This document shows, one piece after another, positions 29,503 to 38,423 of a DNA stretch of 64,000 nt. A program made the translations under genes and the position numbers. Source of the DNA: Candidatus Saccharimonadota bacterium (GTDB taxonomy: Bacteria > Patescibacteriota > Saccharimonadia > Saccharimonadales > JACOTW01); assembly GCA_016178135.1 (NCBI GenBank), contig JACOTW010000002.1, positions 13,043 to 77,042 of the forward strand, read 5' to 3'. The notes beneath the pieces were generated by a model that was given only the letters and a program-made list of their open reading frames with translations, searched no databases and was not told the DNA's origin. Numbering within the stretch: position 1 is the stretch's first letter; each line of letters opens with the position of its first letter.

Positions 29503-31707
29503 ATGGCTAAAAAGAAAAAACAATCACGTAAAAAATCTCAACCCCAGGCAAGCGAACGTTCTGCCTTTTGGCCGTTAGCTGGTTCAATACTCATGTTCGT
29601 ATTTGCCATGTTTTTGTTATTGGGCGCGTTCGGTACGGGTGGTAAATTGCCAAAAGAACTTTACCACGGCGCTTATTGGACTTTAGGCTGGGCGGCCCTA
29701 TTTACTCCGGTTGCTTTGATATTTTTCGGTGTCCATAAATTTACCAGTGAAGATCGACAAATTCCACTCGACAAATTTATTAGTATGTTGGGTTTTTTGG
29801 CCTTAACTTCGGCATGGTTGCATGTTGGGTTTGTTCAAAAAGATAATTTTAATGGTGAGTTTGTGAATGGGCACGGTGGTGAGGTGGGGGGAGTTATTGG
29901 CAATGCCGCGCTTAATGCTCTTGATAAAATGCCGGCCAGTATTTTATTTTTTGTCTTGGCTTTACTGGCTTTTTTTCTGACCTTTAGTATTTCGCCCAAA
30001 ATAATTCTTAAATTGAATGGTGTGTTCAAGCGATCAGATGAAGATACTGATCTGGCAACTTTAAAAACTAATGTCAGAGAACACGAATTTGAGCTTAATG
30101 AAGGAGTACCAGTCGAGCATCATACGGATCGTGCAGATCGTGATTCCACTCGTCTCACTACTTTAAAAAATACTGCCCAAAAACTGGCGCCAGCCCAGAA
30201 CCATGAAGCCCTAACAACGGCCAGTGATCCAGATTGGCAATTCCCTAGTATTAATTTATTGAATCAGAAACAAGACAAGGCTAATGCCGGGGATGTTGAA
30301 GGCAATGCCGAAGCCATTAAAGAAACCTTCGATAATTTTAACATTGTAGTTGATATGGAGGGGGCAAACATTGGTCCACGAGTAACGCAGTACACTCTGA
30401 AGCCACCAACAGGCGTAAAATTAACAAAAATAACTGCACTTGAAAATAATCTGTCGCTTGATTTAGCCGCGCATTCTATTCGTATAGAAGCGCCCATCCC
30501 TGGTAAACGGCTCGTTGGAATAGAGGTTCCGAACATTAAGCCGGCTATGGTGCGGATTAGTAGCTTGTTATTATCACGAGAATGGCAAGAAATGAGCAGT
30601 CCACTTGGATTCGTGATAGGTAAAGATATTGCTGGCGTTCCGATAGTTGCCGATCTTGCCAAGATGCCACATTTATTGGTAGCTGGTCAGACTGGCTCTG
30701 GTAAGTCGGTTATGATCAACACTATTTTGACCAGTTTGCTGTATAGAAACAGCCCTAGCGATCTTAAGCTCATTTTAGTGGACCCAAAACAAGTAGAACT
30801 TAAACCCTACGATGACATACCACATCTTTTAACTCCTGTAATTACGGAGCCTGAAAAATGTATTAGTGCCCTTAAGTGGACTGTTGCCGAAATGGAGCGT
30901 CGCTATCGTGCTCTTAGCGAAGTACATCGTCGCAATATCGTGGAATATAATAATCTTAAAAAAGAAGAAGGGATGCCCTATATTGTTTTGGTGATTGATG
31001 AGTTGGCCGATCTAATGATGATGGCAGCCAGAGATGTTGAGGCACTGATTGTACGCATTGCCCAAAAAGCTCGTGCCGTAGGCATTCATTTGGTGTTGGC
31101 TACTCAACGTCCATCAGTCGATGTTATTACTGGCTTGATTAAGGCCAACGTACCGGCTCGGATTGCTTTTACTACCGTTAGTCAGGTTGATTCACGGACT
31201 ATTATTGATGGTATTGGAGCTGAAAAACTACTAGGACAGGGCGATATGCTTCTGACAACCGCCGATATGCCTAAGCCAAAACGCGTTCAAGGAGCATTTA
31301 TTGACGATCATGAAACTCTCAAAGTTACTGATTTTATTAGGATGCAGCGTCCAGCACAATATGATGACGAAGTTGTTAGTCAGCCAGTTCAACTAAATGG
31401 ACGAGGTGGGGTTGTTGCTGACTACGGAGCAAATGATGCGAATGATGATATGTGGCAGGATGCGGTACGAGTAGTTATTGAAGGCCACAAGGCAAGTACT
31501 AGTTTGCTGCAGCGTCGTTTGCGGGTTGGTTATGCCAGAGCTGCCCGACTTATTGAAACCATGGAAGAGCAGGGCATTGTTGGGCCAGCTGATGGCGCTC
31601 GATCAAGAGAAGTGTTGGTGAGCTCCATGGATGAAGTGTTTGGCGGCACATCAGCAGTCGAACCTGACATGTATGACGAGAATTTTCCAGACGACCAAGT
31701 CAAATAA
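29503..31707 (+). CDS. ftsK: DNA translocase FtsK/SpoIIIE
   Basis: N-terminal TM segments, Walker A GQTGSGKS, Walker B VLVIDELADL and a C-terminal gamma domain are present. The ATG at 29503 (MAKKKKQSRKK) is preferred. Confidence 0.92.
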   Translation: MAKKKKQSRKKSQPQASERSAFWPLAGSILMFVFAMFLLLGAFGTGGKLPKELYHGAYWTLGWAALFTPVALIFFGVHKFTSEDRQIPLDKFISMLGFLALTSAWLHVGFVQKDNFNGEFVNGHGGEVGGVIGNAALNALDKMPASILFFVLALLAFFLTFSISPKIILKLNGVFKRSDEDTDLATLKTNVREHEFELNEGVPVEHHTDRADRDSTRLTTLKNTAQKLAPAQNHEALTTASDPDWQFPSINLLNQKQDKANAGDVEGNAEAIKETFDNFNIVVDMEGANIGPRVTQYTLKPPTGVKLTKITALENNLSLDLAAHSIRIEAPIPGKRLVGIEVPNIKPAMVRISSLLLSREWQEMSSPLGFVIGKDIAGVPIVADLAKMPHLLVAGQTGSGKSVMINTILTSLLYRNSPSDLKLILVDPKQVELKPYDDIPHLLTPVITEPEKCISALKWTVAEMERRYRALSEVHRRNIVEYNNLKKEEGMPYIVLVIDELADLMMMAARDVEALIVRIAQKARAVGIHLVLATQRPSVDVITGLIKANVPARIAFTTVSQVDSRTIIDGIGAEKLLGQGDMLLTTADMPKPKRVQGAFIDDHETLKVTDFIRMQRPAQYDDEVVSQPVQLNGRGGVVADYGANDANDDMWQDAVRVVIEGHKASTSLLQRRLRVGYARAARLIETMEEQGIVGPADGARSREVLVSSMDEVFGGTSAVEPDMYDENFPDDQVK

Positions 31708-31877
31708 TCCACAGAAAATACAGGGGTAGGCTGAATAGATGCTTGCATATATCAACCATATTATTTAGTATTGGCTTAAAACAAACATGGGAACGAGGGC
31801 CCGTATGGTCTACAGACAAAGATGACCAGGGCTCTCTTCTATGGAAATACTCTTATGTGGAAATTGGACGTATTGGA

Positions 31878-31906
31878 TTGACTAACAGATATAGATAGGT
31901 TAGAAT
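31878..31906 (+). promoter_or_regulatory. Candidate promoter of the rpsF operon
   Basis: TTGACT, a 17-nt spacer, then TAGAAT. Confidence 0.45.
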
Positions 31907-31924
31907 AAGCAAGTTATTAACTCT

Positions 31925-31951
31925 GCCTACAACCATAATGTGTGTGTAGGC
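31925..31951 (+). promoter_or_regulatory. Hairpin in the rpsF 5' leader (candidate S6:S18 autoregulatory leader)
   Basis: GCCTACA-13 nt-TGTAGGC sits directly upstream of the AAGGAG Shine-Dalgarno and the TTG start. Structured rpsF leaders that bind S6:S18 are known in bacteria. Confidence 0.3.
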
Positions 31952-31971
31952 TTTAACCAAAGGAGACTCTA

Positions 31972-32361
31972 TTGAACCAGTATGAAATTGCTGTATTGTA
32001 TCATCCTGATCTAGAAATTGATCTGGATAAAGCAACACATAAAATAGAAAAAATCATCAAAGACAATGATGGCAAGATTACTCATGTAGATAATTGGGGC
32101 AAGCGTAAGCTAGCTTATAAAATTAAAAATCAAGAACACGCCGTCTATGTTTTTTATACGATAGAAATAGCTGGTGCGAACGTCAAAAAAGTTGAAACGA
32201 TTCTAAATATTACTGATGAAGTGATTCGTTTTTTGATAGTGCGTCCAGACCTGAAAGCAATTGCCAAGGCAGAAGCTGCCAAGGTTGAAAAAGCCAAAAA
32301 AGCAGCCGAGCGCGGTGATCGTGATGACAATGACGAAGACGACGAGAAGGACGAAGAATAA
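31972..32361 (+). CDS. rpsF: 30S ribosomal protein S6
   Basis: YEIAVLYHPDLE...NWGKRKLAYKI is present, along with an acidic C-terminal tail. TTG start with an AAGGAG Shine-Dalgarno. Confidence 0.88.
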   Translation: MNQYEIAVLYHPDLEIDLDKATHKIEKIIKDNDGKITHVDNWGKRKLAYKIKNQEHAVYVFYTIEIAGANVKKVETILNITDEVIRFLIVRPDLKAIAKAEAAKVEKAKKAAERGDRDDNDEDDEKDEE

Positions 32362-32364
32362 ATC

Positions 32365-32646
32365 ATGCCACCCAAACTAGATGCAGATTTTGCTAGAAGT
32401 GTTGAGCTTTCAATAAACCCGTTAACACGCCATCATCAGGTGGATAAATTACTGCATGATCCTGAAATTGTAGGCAACGATATAAATTTTTTATTCAATC
32501 CAGATAGTCTGGTAACCACTAATCCAGAGACTGTAGTCGCATTGGACAGGAGTGTACTATTGTACCCCTGGCTTGGGAGGAATGCCTTGAAGCAGGCTGC
32601 ACTATGGATTCAATATTTAACATCGGAAGGATTAATTCATGGCTAA
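32365..32646 (+). CDS. hypothetical protein between rpsF and rpsR
   Basis: 93 aa. It starts 3 nt after the rpsF stop and overlaps the rpsR start by 8 nt. No family recognised. Confidence 0.35.
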   Translation: MPPKLDADFARSVELSINPLTRHHQVDKLLHDPEIVGNDINFLFNPDSLVTTNPETVVALDRSVLLYPWLGRNALKQAALWIQYLTSEGLIHG

Positions 32647-32842
32647 AATTTTTAAGAACAGAACGGACGTAGCCTTTTTTGACTACAAAGATTTTAAGAC
32701 CCTGCAGCGTTACGTAAATGGGTTTGGGCAAATTGAGAGTCGCAAGAAAACTGGCCTCAAAGAGCACGAACAGCGTCGTTTGGCAATTGCTATCAAGCGT
32801 GCCCGTCACATCGCTTTGTTGCCGTTCGTAGTATCCAATTAG
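32639..32842 (+). CDS. rpsR: 30S ribosomal protein S18
   Basis: FFDYKDFKTLQRYVNGFGQIESRKKTGLKEHEQRRLAIAIKRARHIALLPF is present. Confidence 0.9.
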   Translation: MAKIFKNRTDVAFFDYKDFKTLQRYVNGFGQIESRKKTGLKEHEQRRLAIAIKRARHIALLPFVVSN

Positions 32843-32930
32843 AGTTGTAACTTGACAGTAGTCAGGTTGTGGGGGTACGGTAAGAGTACAATTTAATGGC
32901 ACATAGTCTGCCAACAAGGAGGAATGCCAT

Positions 32931-33404
32931 ATGGCACGTAGTTTTAATCAAGTAATCTTAATGGGTAACCTGACTAGAGATCCAGAGCTTAGACAAACGC
33001 CAGGCGGTCAGAATGTCTGTAGTTTTAGCTTGGCACTCAATCGTAGTTATAAAGGTGCTGATGGTAATTGGCAAGAAGTTACTGACTTTATTGATATTGT
33101 TGCCTGGGGGCCACTCGGAGAACGAGTTGCTCAATACCTAACCAAAGGTAGCCAAGCGCTTGTTAATGGACGGCTACAATATCGTAGTTGGGAACAAGAC
33201 GGTCAGAAGCGTAGCAAAGTTGAAGTTAATGCTCAAGATGTGACTTTTTTGGGTGGAGGCGGTAAGTCGCAGGACTCATTTCCGGATAGTTCTTCTGTCG
33301 GAACAGTTTCGGCAACCAAATCAAACAAAACTACCAAAAAAGATGATATTATCATCGAAGACATAGGTGACGAGCCTATCAACCTAGACGACATCCCTTT
33401 TTAA
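32931..33404 (+). CDS. ssb: single-stranded DNA-binding protein
   Basis: The OB fold begins FNQVILMGNLTRDPELRQTPGG. A Gly-rich linker and an acidic tip ending DDIPF follow. Confidence 0.92.
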   Translation: MARSFNQVILMGNLTRDPELRQTPGGQNVCSFSLALNRSYKGADGNWQEVTDFIDIVAWGPLGERVAQYLTKGSQALVNGRLQYRSWEQDGQKRSKVEVNAQDVTFLGGGGKSQDSFPDSSSVGTVSATKSNKTTKKDDIIIEDIGDEPINLDDIPF

Positions 33405-33433
33405 CAAATTATCGACTGCACTAATCAAAATCC

Positions 33434-33506
33434 GACACGAATTTCGGACTTAGCCATTGATGTCAGGTGTCATCTGGGGCGATGGAAAAGTCCGAAATTC
33501 GTGTCT
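33434..33506. repeat. Perfect 18-bp inverted repeat with a 36-nt spacer between ssb and efp
   Basis: GACACGAATTTCGGACTT at 33434-33451 is the exact reverse complement of AAGTCCGAAATTCGTGTC at 33488-33505. Each arm can also self-fold (TCCGA/TCGGA). Confidence 0.7.
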
Positions 33507-33544
33507 GTTAAAAACAAGCAAAGAATAAGGAGAAAGTAGATTAT

Positions 33545-34108
33545 ATGGCATTTGGACCAACTGATCTTAAAAAAGGGCAGGTGTTTCAGTTGGATAATAT
33601 TCCGTATCGAGTGGTTGAGTACGGTCAAAAGGTGATGGGTCGTGGGGGCTCAATTGTAAACGTCAAAATAAAGAGTCTACTGAATGGTAAAGTTCTGGAT
33701 AAAACTTTCAAGGGAAATGAATCCATTGAACCCGCTGATGTAACTAATAAAAATGTGCAATATCTCTACAGCGATGCCAATTCATTTTTCTTTATGGATG
33801 AACAAACTTACGAGCAATTTGAACTACCAGTTACTGATATGTTAGATCAAACAGGTTACCTGAAAGAAGGTGATCGTGTTTTGGTTCAGCTGTTTAATGA
33901 TAGGGTTATAAATATTGAATTACCCAAAAATGTTCCCCTCAAGGTAACTTATGCTGAAACCGCGGTCAAAGGCGACACAAGCTCAGCAATAACAAAAGAC
34001 GCGACCGTAGAGACGGGCATTATTGTCAAAGTACCTGCGTTTGTAAAAGTTGGCGATATTATTTCGGTTGATACCGCGACTGGGACGTACCGTGAGCGTG
34101 TCAAATAA
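33545..34108 (+). CDS. efp: elongation factor P
   Basis: 187 aa. DLKKGQVFQLDNIPYRVVEY...GRGGSIVNVKIKSLLNGK is present, with an AAGGAG Shine-Dalgarno upstream. Confidence 0.9.
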   Translation: MAFGPTDLKKGQVFQLDNIPYRVVEYGQKVMGRGGSIVNVKIKSLLNGKVLDKTFKGNESIEPADVTNKNVQYLYSDANSFFFMDEQTYEQFELPVTDMLDQTGYLKEGDRVLVQLFNDRVINIELPKNVPLKVTYAETAVKGDTSSAITKDATVETGIIVKVPAFVKVGDIISVDTATGTYRERVK

Positions 34109-34988
34109 GTATCGCCTAGACAAAGAATTACTGCGTCGAGGATTAGTTGTATCTAGGTCGCAAGCTGAGGATATTATTCGCAGGGGTTTTGTAAGCGTAG
34201 CTGGTATAAGCGTTACCAAACCCGGCTTGTTGGTATCAGAAAATGTACAAATCGTCATAAAATCACGTGTTAGTTTTGTATCACGAGCGGGCGAAAAACT
34301 TCATTCAGTCTTAGATATCCTTCAACTGGATTTGTCGGACAAAGTTGTGTTGGATGTCGGTTCGTCAACTGGCGGTTTTACCGAACTGGCTTTACGCATG
34401 GGGGCAAAAAAAGTTATTGCGGTAGATGTTGGAACCAATCAAATGCATCCCAGCTTGCGTAATGATCCCCGAATTGAACTTCACGAAAAAACCGACATCC
34501 GCAATTATGTGAAAGGATCGACCACTCACATAGACGTTGTTCTGATTGATGTTAGTTTTATATCATTGCGTCAAATATTACCGTACTGCGCTACACTGAT
34601 TGATCGCAATTCGGTGATCGTGGCTATGGCAAAACCGCAGTTTGAGGCTAGACTGGACTTACCCAAAGCTCCCCCATCCCCAGACCAACTAATCTCAAGC
34701 GGTAGCGGTCTGCCTTCTATCAATGTAGCTAAGGCTACCTCTCCTTCAGTCAAACCACTATCAACTCGAGCTGATTTGCCCTGGGAACGGGCGATTTTGC
34801 GTAAGTCCAGTAGAGACATAGTTAAACACAAGGGAGTAATAAAGAACGATAAAATGCGTAGGGAGATACTAAAACACCTTGAAGATAGCATACAAAATTT
34901 GTTCATTATTATCGACAAGGCTGATTCTGGAGTTGCCGGCGCTCGCGGCAATAGGGAGCGCTTTTATTTGTTACGAAAAGCCGGGTAG
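34098..34988 (+). CDS. tlyA: TlyA-like S4-domain rRNA 2'-O-methyltransferase carrying an in-frame type B element
   Basis: The S4 domain reads RLDKELLRRGLVVSRSQAEDIIRRGFVSV. The FtsJ-like AdoMet motif is VLDVGSSTGGFTE, followed by KPQFEA. The GTG start overlaps the efp stop. About 54 codons (34652-34812) are element-derived. Confidence 0.8.
   Translation: MSNKYRLDKELLRRGLVVSRSQAEDIIRRGFVSVAGISVTKPGLLVSENVQIVIKSRVSFVSRAGEKLHSVLDILQLDLSDKVVLDVGSSTGGFTELALRMGAKKVIAVDVGTNQMHPSLRNDPRIELHEKTDIRNYVKGSTTHIDVVLIDVSFISLRQILPYCATLIDRNSVIVAMAKPQFEARLDLPKAPPSPDQLISSGSGLPSINVAKATSPSVKPLSTRADLPWERAILRKSSRDIVKHKGVIKNDKMRREILKHLEDSIQNLFIIIDKADSGVAGARGNRERFYLLRKAG
34652..34812 (-). repeat. Type B palindromic element, copy 3 (inside tlyA, in frame)
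   Basis: Runs ACTGGACTTACCCAAAGCTCCCCCATCCCCAGACC...GGGCGATTTTGCGTAAGTCCAGTA. It translates as LDLPKAPPSPDQ...WERAILRKSS without a stop. Confidence 0.9.
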
Positions 34989-35029
34989 AGATTCGACGAC
35001 TAAGTGCGAAACTCGTGTAGAATACAACT

Positions 35030-35689
35030 ATGTATTTTAGAAACAGAGCCGAAGCCGGTCGTTTACTCGCTAAGAAGTTGATTAAATATAAAGGACAGCC
35101 AGTAACTATAATGGCCTTGAGCCCGGGGGCTGTTATCGTTGGCGCCCAAATCGCCATGCATCTTCACGCTTCTATGGCGATGCTTCTAACAGAAGGGGTT
35201 TATTTACCAGGTGAGTTTGATGCTCTTGCTGGTCTTTCATCAGAAGGAACCTATACATATAACAATATGCTCACAGCGGGTCAGATAGAGGAAATGGTCG
35301 GTGAGTATAATCAATATATTGAACAGCAGAGAATTGAAAAGAGGCATCGCTTAAACTTATTGCTCGGGAGAAATGGTGAAATTAATCGTGATACATTACG
35401 ACGACACGCTGTTGTTGTGGTATCCGATGGTTTGCCGAATGGCTTTTCTATTGATGTAGCATCGGACTTTTTAGACACTATTGCTATCGGCAAGCTTATT
35501 ATTGCCTGTCCAATTGCTAGTGTTCCCTCGGTTGATAGGATGCATTTATTGGCTGATGAAATATGTTGTTTATCGGTCATTGATAATTATATCGAAACGA
35601 ATCATTATTATGACGAAAACACTATTCCAGATATTTCTGGAGCGTTAAAAGTTATGAATAATATTGTACAGAATTGGCACAAGAGTTAG
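35030..35689 (+). CDS. phosphoribosyltransferase-family protein
   Basis: The N-terminal FRNRAEAGRLLAKKL and the VVVVSDGLPNG motif resemble the putative-PRTase family. Confidence 0.6.
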   Translation: MYFRNRAEAGRLLAKKLIKYKGQPVTIMALSPGAVIVGAQIAMHLHASMAMLLTEGVYLPGEFDALAGLSSEGTYTYNNMLTAGQIEEMVGEYNQYIEQQRIEKRHRLNLLLGRNGEINRDTLRRHAVVVVSDGLPNGFSIDVASDFLDTIAIGKLIIACPIASVPSVDRMHLLADEICCLSVIDNYIETNHYYDENTIPDISGALKVMNNIVQNWHKS

Positions 35690-35704
35690 CGCATCAATAA
35701 CCTG

Positions 35705-36370
35705 TTAGGCAAGGACTTTTTTAAGACCCTTTATATCTTGGAGTTTGATTAAATGTTGACTGTTACTGATAAGCCCTCTACGCTCTAAAATCGCTAATTC
35801 TCGGCCAGTTGTTTCCCGAGTAGCATTTATAGAACTGGCAATATCTTGATGGCGAAGCGGAACGTTTATGATTATGCCACTATCAGTTTTTTCACCAAAT
35901 CGTTGAGACATGGTGAGCAGAAAAGATACTAGTCGCTCTCGTACCGAACGATATGCTAGGTTAATAATGCGTTCGGAATGGATTCTATACATCTCCATGG
36001 TCATATCGAGTAATGGAGATAGGGGAGTGCCAGGTTTCTGGATATAGGACATGAATTCATCACGGCCAATACGCCACACTATACAGTCGCTTAGAGTTTG
36101 ATAGATTACATGTCGTTCTTGACCTGTAACGGCCCAGATCAGCGGAAAAATCTCATGCTCTTTGCGAATGATCAGAAGATTTTCTTCGCCATATTTAGAA
36201 ATATTATAAGCCTTTACCAGGCCTGTCTCTATATAGAAAACACTCTGCGGATGTTCTCCTGGCCGAATGATAAACTCGCCTTTTTTATAGGTTAGTTTTG
36301 TTCCTTTATGGAATAAATCCACCAAAACTTTAGTCTGTTCTTCAGTGGCCAACATAAACCAATTATGCAT
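35705..36370 (-). CDS. Crp/Fnr family transcriptional regulator
   Basis: A cNMP-binding beta-roll (KKGEFIIRPGEHPQSVFYIETGLVKAY) is present. The C-terminal HTH reads RHQDIASSINATRETTGRELAILERRGLI. Confidence 0.82.
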   Translation of the reverse strand: MHNWFMLATEEQTKVLVDLFHKGTKLTYKKGEFIIRPGEHPQSVFYIETGLVKAYNISKYGEENLLIIRKEHEIFPLIWAVTGQERHVIYQTLSDCIVWRIGRDEFMSYIQKPGTPLSPLLDMTMEMYRIHSERIINLAYRSVRERLVSFLLTMSQRFGEKTDSGIIINVPLRHQDIASSINATRETTGRELAILERRGLISNSQHLIKLQDIKGLKKVLA

Positions 36371-36487
36371 TGCTTACGGCAAAATACCAAACATGCGTGA
36401 TAAAAATCGCATTGGCGACGTGAGGCAATTAACATACATGAAACTGAAAAAGACGTAAGCTATAAGTACTAAAAGGAGGTGCATTTG

Positions 36488-37090
36488 ATGGTAACTCTAC
36501 AAGAAATTGAGGAGCAGCTAAAACAAATAGGGGCATCTTTTAGGTATTGGGGTAGAGCAGAGGTACTGGAGTTACGTCATGTGCTTGTTCCGGATGAACA
36601 GATTAAGGCTTGCATGAATGGCAGATGGGAAGGTGGATTTGCTATGCTCTGCGCGACTGATCGGCGAATTTTACTTATAGATAAAAAACCAATGTATCTA
36701 ACTATAGAAGATGTACGATATGATATGGTTTCAGAAGTGGACTACAGTTATCGTCTGCTGGTTTCTACCACTAGAATATGTACGCCCAATCAAGTCTTGG
36801 TATTTATGGGCTGGAATCATAGCAAATCACGCACGCTGACCAATTATGTGCAACAGCGGGTTATGGAGGTGCGTCAACAGCATCTGTTCCAGCAAAACTT
36901 ACAAACAATTCAGCCATTGCAATCTGTTCCGGCAATCCCATCACGACAAGTGGCTACTGACGGCGGTGTTAATTTTGCGACTTTTCCAACTCCCACAACA
37001 GTCCAGCTACCATATTTTCAGCCGATGAACCCATATACTCAGAGTACCCTTATGACACGTCGTCGTTTCGCCGGAAAATTTAAACGTTAA
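36488..37090 (+). CDS. hypothetical protein with a bacterial PH-like (YokE-type) N-terminal domain
   Basis: VPDEQIKACMNGRWEGGFAMLCATDRRILLIDKKP is present, followed by a Q/P-rich tail. An AAAGGAGG Shine-Dalgarno precedes the ATG at 36488. Confidence 0.5.
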   Translation: MVTLQEIEEQLKQIGASFRYWGRAEVLELRHVLVPDEQIKACMNGRWEGGFAMLCATDRRILLIDKKPMYLTIEDVRYDMVSEVDYSYRLLVSTTRICTPNQVLVFMGWNHSKSRTLTNYVQQRVMEVRQQHLFQQNLQTIQPLQSVPAIPSRQVATDGGVNFATFPTPTTVQLPYFQPMNPYTQSTLMTRRRFAGKFKR

Positions 37091-38159
37091 AGCGGAATTC
37101 TACTATATCACCCGGGCGCATAACATATGTTTTGCCTTCAGTGCGCATTTTGCCAGCCGCCTTGGCAGCCTGCTCTGAGCCAGCCGCCATTAGATCATCG
37201 TAATCAATCACTTGGGCAGCTATAAAGCCTTTTTCAAAATCCCCATGTATAACACCAGCCGCTTGGGGGGCGGTGTCACCCTTGTGAATTGTCCAGGCCC
37301 GGACTTCTTTTTCGCCAGCAGTTAGGTAGCTTTGTAGCCCAAGCATATCGTAAGCTGCATGAATAACCTGGTCTAGCCCCGATGTCGCTTGCCCATAGCT
37401 AGCTAACATTTCTGCCCGGTCTGGCTCGTCCAAACTCCTTAATTCGTCTTCTAACTTAGCGCAAACAAATAACGCTGTGGCAGGCTTGACCATTTGACTC
37501 AATTTTTCTTTAAATTCAGTATCGCCAAGCTTGTCGTCGTCGATATTAAATAGATATAGAATTGGTTTGGCTGTCATAAGCTGGAGGTCTGCCAACTGAG
37601 CATTTAGTGTCGAGTATTCAGCACTCTCAAAAATTGCTTTACCAGAATCTAATAAATCCTTAGCTATTATTAGTGCGTCTAATTGTGGCTTAAGTTTAGG
37701 GTCACTTTTGGCTAATTTTTCTGTCTTGGGTAGGCGGTTTGTAACCGTTTGCAAATCAGCTAGTATGAGTTCAGTTTTAATGACAGATATATCGTGTTCG
37801 GGGTCACGAGAACTATCGCTGCGCAAAACCCCACCTTGGTCAAAGGCTCGAACAACCTGAAGTATGGCGCTACAGGTGCGGATGTGTGCTAAAAACTGGT
37901 TGCCTAGGCCCTCTCCCTTGCTTGCGCCGGCTACAAGGCCAGCAATATCTATAAACTTAACATTTGCTGGCAACACCTTTTGGCTATTGTAAAGTTCGGC
38001 TAGGTTTTGCAGGCGTTCATCCGGTACGGCCACCGTACCTGTGTTGGGCTCAATAGTGGCAAAAGGGTAGTTAGCCGCCAAAATCTCATTATCGGTCAGT
38101 GCGTTAAACAGTGTTGACTTACCGACATTCGGCAACCCAACAATACCAATGCTTAGCAT
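37080..38159 (-). CDS. ychF: redox-regulated ATPase YchF
   Basis: GIVGLPNVGKSTLFNALT is the P-loop, and a C-terminal TGS-like domain (RAWTIHKGDTAPQAAGVIHGDFEKGFI) is present. Confidence 0.92.
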   Translation of the reverse strand: MLSIGIVGLPNVGKSTLFNALTDNEILAANYPFATIEPNTGTVAVPDERLQNLAELYNSQKVLPANVKFIDIAGLVAGASKGEGLGNQFLAHIRTCSAILQVVRAFDQGGVLRSDSSRDPEHDISVIKTELILADLQTVTNRLPKTEKLAKSDPKLKPQLDALIIAKDLLDSGKAIFESAEYSTLNAQLADLQLMTAKPILYLFNIDDDKLGDTEFKEKLSQMVKPATALFVCAKLEDELRSLDEPDRAEMLASYGQATSGLDQVIHAAYDMLGLQSYLTAGEKEVRAWTIHKGDTAPQAAGVIHGDFEKGFIAAQVIDYDDLMAAGSEQAAKAAGKMRTEGKTYVMRPGDIVEFRFNV

Positions 38160-38203
38160 TTAACCCCATCTTTCTTTTCCATATGTTAATTCTAACAGTA
38201 ATA

Positions 38204-38366
38204 TACTGGACTTACGCAAAACTCCCCCATCCCCAGACCAACTAATCCCAAGCGGTAGCGGTCTGTCTTCTCTCGATGTAGCTAAGGCTACCTCTCCTTC
38301 AGTCAAACCACTCCCAACTCGAGCTGATTTAGCCTGGGAACGGGCAATTTTGCGACAGGTCCAGTA
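38204..38366 (-). repeat. Type B palindromic element, copy 4
   Basis: Runs TACTGGACTTACGCAAAACTCCCCCATCCCCAGACC...GGGCAATTTTGCGACAGGTCCAGTA. Confidence 0.9.
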
Positions 38367-38385
38367 GCAGTTACTAGGGGCTGGG

Positions 38386-38414
38386 TTGCGGATATTAGGG
38401 AATTATGCTATAAT
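38386..38414 (+). promoter_or_regulatory. Candidate extended -10 promoter
   Basis: TTGCGG, a 17-nt spacer, then TGcTATAAT. The ATG at 38424 is 9 nt downstream, so the leader would be very short or absent. Confidence 0.4.
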
Positions 38415-38423
38415 TTGGCTATT

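Noticed and set aside
32519-32917. 132-aa minus-strand ORF overlapping rpsR.
   Set aside because: It is antisense to the strongly supported S18 gene and the ssb upstream region, and it has no recognisable features.
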